13,482 bases of DNA from Thermovirgaceae bacterium. Its GTDB lineage: Bacteria > Synergistota > Synergistia > Synergistales > Thermovirgaceae. Below are positions 7,727 through 13,482 of this stretch, piece by piece. Positions within the stretch are counted from its first letter, which is position 1; every line of letters begins with the position of its first letter. Both the position numbers and the translations under genes were made by a program. A model generated the notes under the pieces. It was not told the origin of the DNA. It saw only the letters and a list, made by a program, of their open reading frames with translations, and searched no databases. The DNA is taken from assembly GCA_046542505.1 (NCBI GenBank), contig JBKHBH010000055.1, forward strand, positions 1 to 13,482, read 5' to 3'.

Positions 7727-8239
7727 TCAGAGGGTTTTTGTCCCTTCGCCGATGATCCTGATGGTCATTTGCCAGGACCCGGTGTCGAAGGAGACGCTCC
7801 TTCCGCGGGTTCCGCCGGTATCCTTCCCGTCCAGGGGGATTCCGTGGCTTTTCAGTTGTTCCGTCACGGCATCGACGTTCTGCCGGCCGATTGCCATGAG
7901 TGTTGACGCAGATGCGAGGTTGAACATCTTCGCGCCGCCTGCGACCTTCGCCCGGATCCTCCGCTTTTCGGCGCCCTGTTTGCCGAGTTCCTCCAGGAGG
8001 ACCAGGACAGCGGAATCTGCAAATTTGCCTGGTTTGCCGCTTTCTGTGTCCCTGGGAGGGCTCTTGGGGAGCATGACATGTGCCATGCCGGCGATTTGAG
8101 CCTTGCGGTCGTAGAGCACGAGAGCCACGCAGGACCCGAGCCCCAGTGTGTAGAGTTTCCCCGGAGCCTCGGTGAGCTTGAAATCACCCATTCCGACATT
8201 CAGGAATTCGGTGGTGGTGATATCCTGTGTCGTCTTCAT
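7727..8239 (-). CDS. cheD: Chemoreceptor glutamine deamidase CheD
   Basis: TLGLGSCVALVLYD (catalytic Cys), GMAHVMLP (His), GKFADSA, AKVAGGAKMF, IGRQN, DTGGTRGRSV. Confidence 0.97.
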   Translation of the reverse strand: MKTTQDITTTEFLNVGMGDFKLTEAPGKLYTLGLGSCVALVLYDRKAQIAGMAHVMLPKSPPRDTESGKPGKFADSAVLVLLEELGKQGAEKRRIRAKVAGGAKMFNLASASTLMAIGRQNVDAVTEQLKSHGIPLDGKDTGGTRGRSVSFDTGSWQMTIRIIGEGTKTL

Positions 8240-8242
8240 GGG

Positions 8243-8851
8243 TCATGCCACTCCGAGAAGGCCGAAAAAGCCTTCCAGTGCGTTTGGGTCGGGGACCAGC
8301 AGGATCTTGCCCGAAAACAGCCGGTTTGAGTCCTCGGGAAACGTCAGCGGCGTGGTCACAAGAAAGGCCGTATCCCCCGAGACACCGAAAATGGCGATCA
8401 TGATGTCCATGATGGCTCCCAGCATGTCGTGAGCCACTGCAGGCACCGATAAGGGGAGATTTACGTCCAGCATGTTGCCGAGAGCGGACATGAAAGCGCT
8501 GAGGATGATGTTTCCCGCTTCGGAGAGGGCGCTTTCGGCCAGTTCCGTCCGGTCGAAATCCCCGGTATCCGAAACCAGGCCGAGCATTTCCTCCGCCAGC
8601 TCCCGGGCATCCTCTTCCGGCATGATGAAAACAAGGTTGCTTGGGACGACGGTCTCACATCTCGCCAGGATGGCGCACACGACGGTTTCAGGGTCCCCGA
8701 AGTGGGAGGAGACCTCTTCGAGGCTGATTTGCTCCACCACGGGGACGGCCATGTCCACGCGCTTTCCCACCAGCTCGGAAAGCGCACGGGCGGCGTGCCC
8801 CGTTCCGATGTTCGCCAGTTCCTTCATGGCGTCTTCCTGCAAGGGCGTCAT
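8243..8851 (-). CDS. cheC: CheY-P phosphatase CheC
   Basis: Two intact ExxN motifs (DAMKELANIGTGHAARALS and SALSEAGNII) plus LSVPAVAHDMLGAI. RBS AAAGGAGA upstream; adjacent to cheD. Confidence 0.95.
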   Translation of the reverse strand: MTPLQEDAMKELANIGTGHAARALSELVGKRVDMAVPVVEQISLEEVSSHFGDPETVVCAILARCETVVPSNLVFIMPEEDARELAEEMLGLVSDTGDFDRTELAESALSEAGNIILSAFMSALGNMLDVNLPLSVPAVAHDMLGAIMDIMIAIFGVSGDTAFLVTTPLTFPEDSNRLFSGKILLVPDPNALEGFFGLLGVA

Positions 8852-8865
8852 GAAAGGATCTCCTT

Positions 8866-9927
8866 TCAGTAATGCCTTTTCCCGAACAATTCCGTCAACT
8901 TTTCCGGAAGCTTGTCCAGTGGCAGAACCGCATCTGCCGCACCGGCCTCGATGACCGATTTCGGCATTCCGAAGACCACGGCAGTCTCGCTTGATTCGGC
9001 GATTACATAACCGCCTTTCGACTTGAGGGCCTTGGCACCTTTTGCACCATCCTTGCCCATACCCGTGAGGATCAGAGCCAGGGACCTGACGCCCTTGAGA
9101 TCTGCGGCGCTCAGAAAGAGGAAATCCGCGGCGGGACGTACCGAGTTGAGCGGCGGCGCCTCCGAAAGGGTGTAATAAAGCCCGCTGTCGGACTTCAAAA
9201 GCAGATGCTTTCCTCCGGGAGCCACCGCCACCAGACCCGGCCGAAGCGGAAGCCCTTCTGTTGCCTCAACCACGGAGATCCGTGACTGGTCGTCGAGCCG
9301 TCTTGCCAGGGAAGCCGTGAAATCTTTGGGCATGTGCTGGACGATGGCTACAGGGGCCGGGAAATCCGCCGGCAGGGCCGGGATAATCCTGGCCAGGGCC
9401 TGGGGTCCGCCCGTCGAGGATGCCACCAGAAGCACATCGAAGGGCCCCAGTTTTCCTGGTTCGGTTGGAGGACCAACCGATACGGAGGGTGCTTGCCTTG
9501 AATGAGGAGAAAAGGTCTTTGCCGAAGCCGCCAGGCGGACCTTGGCTTGAAGATCTCTCTGGAACCCCTCCATCTCGTCGCCGGAGACGGCGGCAGGCTT
9601 CCTGATGAAGTCGAAGGCTCCCGCCTCGAGACATTTCAGTGTCGTTTCGGTGCCTTCTCCGGTCCGGCTCGATACCATGATGACCGGTGTGGGGCGCCGC
9701 TGCATGATGGCTTCCAGCGCCGAAAGACCGCTCATCTCCGGCATTTCCACGTCCATGGTGATCACGTCGGGTTCGAAGACGAGGGTCTTATTCAGGGCGT
9801 CCGTCCCGTTGCGGGCGCGTCCGACGACCTCGATGTCCGGGACGGATGTGAGGGTATCCGCCAGGATCTGGCGCATGAAGGCCGAATCATCTGTGATGAG
9901 AACGCGTATTCTGTCGGCTGGGGTCAT
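8866..9927 (-). CDS. cheB: Chemotaxis response regulator / methylesterase CheB
   Basis: REC domain (VLITDDSAFMR, DVITMDVEMP, AFDFIRKP) plus methylesterase triad motifs ASSTGGP, VQHMP and LTGMGKDGA, and VVFGMP. Confidence 0.98.
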   Translation of the reverse strand: MTPADRIRVLITDDSAFMRQILADTLTSVPDIEVVGRARNGTDALNKTLVFEPDVITMDVEMPEMSGLSALEAIMQRRPTPVIMVSSRTGEGTETTLKCLEAGAFDFIRKPAAVSGDEMEGFQRDLQAKVRLAASAKTFSPHSRQAPSVSVGPPTEPGKLGPFDVLLVASSTGGPQALARIIPALPADFPAPVAIVQHMPKDFTASLARRLDDQSRISVVEATEGLPLRPGLVAVAPGGKHLLLKSDSGLYYTLSEAPPLNSVRPAADFLFLSAADLKGVRSLALILTGMGKDGAKGAKALKSKGGYVIAESSETAVVFGMPKSVIEAGAADAVLPLDKLPEKLTELFGKRHY

Positions 9928-10066
9928 TGGCGTATCGGGCCCTTCTCGCTCCTTTGGAGCGGAATGTCGAGCACATCCTGTCCATAAAATAGTTTACGGG
10001 AAAAGGTGCGCTGAAACATGAGAAAAGGGTGGAAAGGCCTGGAGTGCTGCAGGAAACATGATCGGC

Positions 10067-11092
10067 TCAGGCGGCGCGGTTTTGTGCCTTCAGAAGGACC
10101 AGGGCGAATTCGAAAACGGACATTTCCCGTGATGGCAGGTTTCCGCGGATCCGGGCCGTTTCAAGCGCTTCGTAGAGTGATTCCCATTTGCCAAGACGTT
10201 CGTGGATGAAATCCGTCACCTGGTGGATGTCTTTGAGGCCCAGCCCTCGAAAGAAATCCAGAAGTTCGCGGAATCCGGGCGAATCGGGCCGTGATGTTTT
10301 GGAGTCGAACCCGGCCAGTTCAAGGTCACTCTCGGAAGCCACGGACCACCAGCGGTCGAGAACATTCGGATGGGTCTCGAAAAAAAGGAGGACCTCCTCG
10401 GCGGCCAAAGAAAAAGAGGAAGGCTCTTCTTCCGAATCCTCTTCGCTCCAGGTTTCCGGGGTCTGCATCAATTTTGGATCCTGTCGGTCTTCGGTGTATT
10501 CCGGGAACTCTTCCAGGTCCCGGTCCGGTTCTGCGTTGCCGGGTCTTTCGGTCCCGGGAAGGTCCGTTTCCACAGGGGCTTTGTCGAAGGAACCCGGGAG
10601 GGTCCCCTTCAGGTATAATGCCTCGAGAGCTTCCTCCAGGCGGGCCCCCAGGGTGGCGAGCTTCCTTTCGTCGGTGCTCACGGGGCTTTCGGGGAGACTT
10701 CTCAAGGCTTTGTGCAGGACGTCGCCCAGCGACGTGTTGACGGAGATCCGGAAACTTTTTCCCTCAAATGGTCGCCACTCGGGGAGTTTGCTTCGCGAGG
10801 GGCCGAGCCGGGCAACATATTCCAGCGGGGCAAAGTTCTTTGCATCGGCGTCGCGGAGTGATTTCGACCGTTTCTCGTCGATTATCAGCTGGGCCTTGAT
10901 GAATCGCTCGAGTTCGGGCATGTCGGGTGAAAAGCAAAGAATCACGTCAATGCGGACGTCACCCCTGGCGGAAACGTCACGGGACACGGAGTGGAAGGGA
11001 ATTCCCTGCTGCGCGAGGCCCAGCCGGAAAATATCCTCAAGAAGCGCGCCAAAGCGTGCCGGAAGGTTGTCATTGACGAGTACAGAAGCCAC
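10067..11092 (-). CDS. Hypothetical protein; degenerate RelA/SpoT synthetase-like (small alarmone synthetase) fold
   Basis: GTG start with RBS GAGGAG (11107-11102) and a nearby promoter. Residues ~15-160 follow the SAS pattern (GIPFHSVS; VILCFSPDM; LIIDEKRS; LEYVARLGPSRSKLPEWRPFEGKSFRISVNT; RKLATLGARLEEA), but catalytic motifs are absent. An acidic linker (~165-228) and a helical C-terminal domain follow. The CDS is likely real; the family call is less certain. Confidence 0.65.
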   Translation of the reverse strand: MASVLVNDNLPARFGALLEDIFRLGLAQQGIPFHSVSRDVSARGDVRIDVILCFSPDMPELERFIKAQLIIDEKRSKSLRDADAKNFAPLEYVARLGPSRSKLPEWRPFEGKSFRISVNTSLGDVLHKALRSLPESPVSTDERKLATLGARLEEALEALYLKGTLPGSFDKAPVETDLPGTERPGNAEPDRDLEEFPEYTEDRQDPKLMQTPETWSEEDSEEEPSSFSLAAEEVLLFFETHPNVLDRWWSVASESDLELAGFDSKTSRPDSPGFRELLDFFRGLGLKDIHQVTDFIHERLGKWESLYEALETARIRGNLPSREMSVFEFALVLLKAQNRAA

Positions 11093-11126
11093 AGGATACC
11101 ACTCCTCACCTGAAACCAGCTTATTA

Positions 11127-11156
11127 ATAATAACACACTAAAATATATTTCTTCAA
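11127..11156 (-). promoter_or_regulatory. Putative sigma70-type promoter for the 341-aa ORF (possibly also cheBCD)
   Basis: Minus strand reads TTGAAG (11156-11151), an 18-nt AT-rich spacer ending TGt, then TATTAT (11132-11127), i.e. an extended -10. It sits about 35 nt upstream of the GTG, in a markedly AT-rich patch of this GC-rich window. Confidence 0.6.
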
Positions 11157-11233
11157 ATCATACCCACCTTGCAAAACATACCCCTTCTGGGGTCAAGTTC
11201 TTGCTTCAAGGGGTGCATCCAATATGGACAAAA

Positions 11234-11426
11234 GAGGGGCAGGCCAAATCCTGAAAGAAACCCTGTCCATTCCACGTGTCTTTTCGGGAGCCTGTGGCCG
11301 AAGCAGGAGCGTTTCCGGTCTGGGGACGGGATCAATTGCTGTGGGGGTGAAACCACACTCGTTGCCGTGTTCCGACTACATGTATGCCAACTGGCCGGTC
11401 CGGCCGAATTCGAGTTGCCTCCTCCA
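11234..11426 (+). ncRNA. Candidate ~190-nt structured non-coding RNA (unassigned; 6S-like rod fold possible)
   Basis: Closing stem GAGGGGCA (11234-11241) / TGCCTCCTC (11416-11424). Several internal helices have wobble pairs that are G-U on the + strand. It is followed immediately by a terminator with a + strand U-tract, and no credible ORF occupies the region. Confidence 0.5.
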
Positions 11427-11468
11427 GGAAAAGAAGCCGGAGGCCTCGAGGCCTCCGGCTTCTTTTCC
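11427..11468. terminator. Bidirectional intrinsic terminator (42-bp perfect palindrome)
   Basis: GGAAAAGAAGCCGGAGGCCTC|GAGGCCTCCGGCTTCTTTTCC has a GC-rich stem and a TTCTTTT tail on both strands. It lies 24 nt downstream of the MCP stop. Confidence 0.9.
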
Positions 11469-11492
11469 CTAATAGGGGAATGACTTTGTCCT

Positions 11493-13482
11493 TTAGCCTT
11501 CTTTGGTAATCCTGAATTTGCTGATCTGGGACCTGAGCGTCTCGGCCATTTCCGACAGGGTCTGGCTGGAAGCCGCAAACTCTTCTGCCTGTGCGGACTG
11601 TTCGCTTGCAACGGAAGAGAGGTTTTCCAGGGATTCACCGACTACCGTGCGACCCTCGTTGAGCTCGGAAATCTTTTGTTCGATCTGTTCGTAGGTGGAG
11701 GCGAGGTTTTCAAGCGCCTTGGCGACGGCTTCGCCCTCTTCCTTGGCCGACTGGGTGGAGTGATGGATGGTGTCGAAGGCTTGGCGCGTCTCGTCCACGG
11801 TCCTGGTCCCCTTTTCGGTGACATCCCTGGATTCCGCCAGCGAAGCTTCCGCCTTCTGTACTCGTGGCTGGACTTCGCCGATATATCCGTGAATCTGCTG
11901 GGCCGCTCCGGAGGATTCTTCGGCGAGCTTGCGGACTTCCTCGGCGACGACGGCGAAACCACGCCCCGCTTCACCGGCTCTCGCCGCCTCTATGGCGGCA
12001 TTCAGAGCCAGAAGGTTCGTCTGGTCGGCGATGTTGGAGATGGTCTCGGCCATGCCGATGATCTTGTTCATACTTTCCGTGACTTCGGCAAAAGATTCGT
12101 TTACTTCTTCAGACATATTGTTGAGGGCCTTGACGGTTTCCTCGCTCTGGTGGGCGAGCCGGACGCCCTCGTCAGTAACCTCGAGTTGCCTCGTATGCCG
12201 TTTTTCGAGGCTTTTGACCAGATCCATGCCGGAGTCTACGAGCTTGCCTCCTTCGGTGACGAGACTGGAGAGCTTTTCTCCGACCTGGCGCTGCTGCTCC
12301 TGGGCCTCGGTGACCTTGCGGACCTGCTCCATGCTGTTTTCGGCGCCGCGTCCTGACTCGTCTGCACCTGCGGCAACCTCTTCCGCCGATGCAGCAAGCT
12401 GGTCCACGGAATCCCATACCTCCTGGATCATGACGCGGAGGTTCTCGAGGGTTTGGGATATGGCGTGCTGGAGCATGGATACCTCTTCACCGGAATATTC
12501 CCGAAGTTCCGGCTCGTTGAAATCACCTTCGCCCATTTTGTTGGCCACGCCGGTGATTTCGACGATGGGACGGGCAAGGCGTTTTCCGAAGACGAAACCG
12601 AGAGCGGCCGCCACGACGAGGGCGGCTATGGACCCCGTCACGATCCGCCAGACCGTCGCCCAGACGGGAGCAGTGACCACCGATGTGGGAGTGGCATAGC
12701 CCACGATCTGTCCCCAGGGGGTTTCATCAAAGGTCACGAATTCGTCGTCCACGTTGGAAAACACCTCCGAAGAGGCGCTCTCGCCGCCCAAGGCATCGAT
12801 AAAGGCTTCGATCTGCCCCGTCGATTCCTCGTCGAGGTGTCCTCTCGTCAGGTCCAGTTTGGGGTGTCCGATGACATTGCCGCCTTCTGAGAGGACGAAA
12901 GCGAGGCCTCCATCGGCTAGCTCCAGGCCGTCGAGGTAATCCAGAAACATGGTCGTGTCGAAATCGGCTCCCATGACGCCGATGACGATGTCCTCATCGT
13001 TGGTGGATGACTTTCCGATGACGGGCATCACGAAGGAGGCAAGATATTTCGGCCCCGTTTTCGTCTCGACGACGCGCGGTTCAAGCCAGCGTCCGGTTCC
13101 CGGTTCGAGGGTGTCGAAAAACCATGCCGCTTCGGGATTGTCGCCGGAAAACCCGTCTTCACCGATCCGATGGCTCTCGTCGACAAGAATTGTCCATGGT
13201 CTTTCGGTGTCTCTTTCGACAAGAACGCCCGTGGCGACCTCCTCGTCCACATAAGGGGAATTGAAGTAGAAATAAAGCCGCTCAACGTGGGGCTCGTCCT
13301 CCACGACCGGCAGAAGTCGGTTACTTATGCTGCTGCAATAGTAATCCTGCATCTCCGACATGTTGACCCACTGGGTGGCGTCGACCCTGTTGTTGACAAC
13401 GCCTGCCGCAAGCTGGACAAGGTTCTGGGCGTCACCCAGCAGGGTTTCCAGGTCGTTGGTCATGATATGGGTCTGGAGGTTC
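11493..13482 (-). CDS. Methyl-accepting chemotaxis protein with dCache sensor and HAMP domain (5'-truncated)
   Basis: The frame stays open past 13463 to the window end. dCache-like segments (WFF...WLEP...SFVMPV...IGVMGADF...[16 protein letters not shown]), TM2 ([20 protein letters not shown]), HAMP (LARPIVEI...GDF...EEVSML), and signalling tip [38 protein letters not shown]. Stop TAA at 11495-11493. Confidence 0.97.
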   Translation of the reverse strand, partial: NLQTHIMTNDLETLLGDAQNLVQLAAGVVNNRVDATQWVNMSEMQDYYCSSISNRLLPVVEDEPHVERLYFYFNSPYVDEEVATGVLVERDTERPWTILVDESHRIGEDGFSGDNPEAAWFFDTLEPGTGRWLEPRVVETKTGPKYLASFVMPVIGKSSTNDEDIVIGVMGADFDTTMFLDYLDGLELADGGLAFVLSEGGNVIGHPKLDLTRGHLDEESTGQIEAFIDALGGESASSEVFSNVDDEFVTFDETPWGQIVGYATPTSVVTAPVWATVWRIVTGSIAALVVAAALGFVFGKRLARPIVEITGVANKMGEGDFNEPELREYSGEEVSMLQHAISQTLENLRVMIQEVWDSVDQLAASAEEVAAGADESGRGAENSMEQVRKVTEAQEQQRQVGEKLSSLVTEGGKLVDSGMDLVKSLEKRHTRQLEVTDEGVRLAHQSEETVKALNNMSEEVNESFAEVTESMNKIIGMAETISNIADQTNLLALNAAIEAARAGEAGRGFAVVAEEVRKLAEESSGAAQQIHGYIGEVQPRVQKAEASLAESRDVTEKGTRTVDETRQAFDTIHHSTQSAKEEGEAVAKALENLASTYEQIEQKISELNEGRTVVGESLENLSSVASEQSAQAEEFAASSQTLSEMAETLRSQISKFRITKEG

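Noticed and set aside
9931..9957. Sigma28-like box CCCGATAC upstream of cheB
   Set aside because: It is only a few nt from the start codon, and there is no correctly spaced TAAA -35.
10013..10061. Direct repeat GAAACATGA x2 (10013-10021, 10053-10061)
   Set aside because: Only two 9-nt copies 40 bp apart, which is compatible with chance. It is not a CRISPR array.
10188..11141. 317-aa + strand ORF antisense to the 341-aa gene
   Set aside because: Its S/R-rich composition is typical of a reverse-frame shadow. The minus-strand ORF has the RBS, promoter and fold similarity.
11233..11426. Known RNA identities: lysine riboswitch (AGAGGGGC...GCCGAA), c-di-GMP/c-di-AMP riboswitch, raiA motif, HDV-like ribozyme, tRNA/tmRNA (TTCGAGT...CTCCA)
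   Set aside because: Each matches only in fragments. There is no AGUA/GAA loop-E or 3' GGAG.GC for lysine, no GGCAAA...GCAAAG for c-di-GMP-I, no P1 for HDV, and no T-stem or tag frame for tRNA/tmRNA. There is also no downstream + strand gene to regulate.
11153..11638. Short ORFs spanning the intergenic region (11153..11638 -, 11169..11483 +, 11224..11472 +)
   Set aside because: They run through the 42-bp terminator palindrome and have no convincing RBS or protein-like composition.

Overview
GC-rich bacterial flagellar/chemotaxis locus. The combination of P- and L-ring genes with cheC/cheD and a short flgJ suggests a diderm non-proteobacterium such as Synergistota; this is an inference and no search was run. 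Gene order: 5'-truncated fliK and fliS (+), a strong bidirectional terminator, a solitary oversized flgK (-), a divergent flgA-flgH-flgI-flgJ-flgN operon (+), a convergent cheD-cheC-cheB group (-) preceded by a 341-aa ORF, a ~400-bp intergenic region, and a 5'-truncated dCache-HAMP chemoreceptor (-). Three items are not explained by a standard annotation. (1) FlgK carries a ~340-aa insertion that reads like the FliD (filament cap) D2/D3 head module, and flgL is not adjacent. (2) The 341-aa ORF upstream of cheB looks like a small alarmone synthetase (RelA/SpoT SYN fold) whose catalytic motifs are all lost, so it is a candidate pseudo-enzyme. (3) Divergent from it lies a ~190-nt, densely structured + strand segment ending at a 42-bp perfect palindrome, a candidate ncRNA that may be 6S-like. 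All family calls come from motif recognition by eye.
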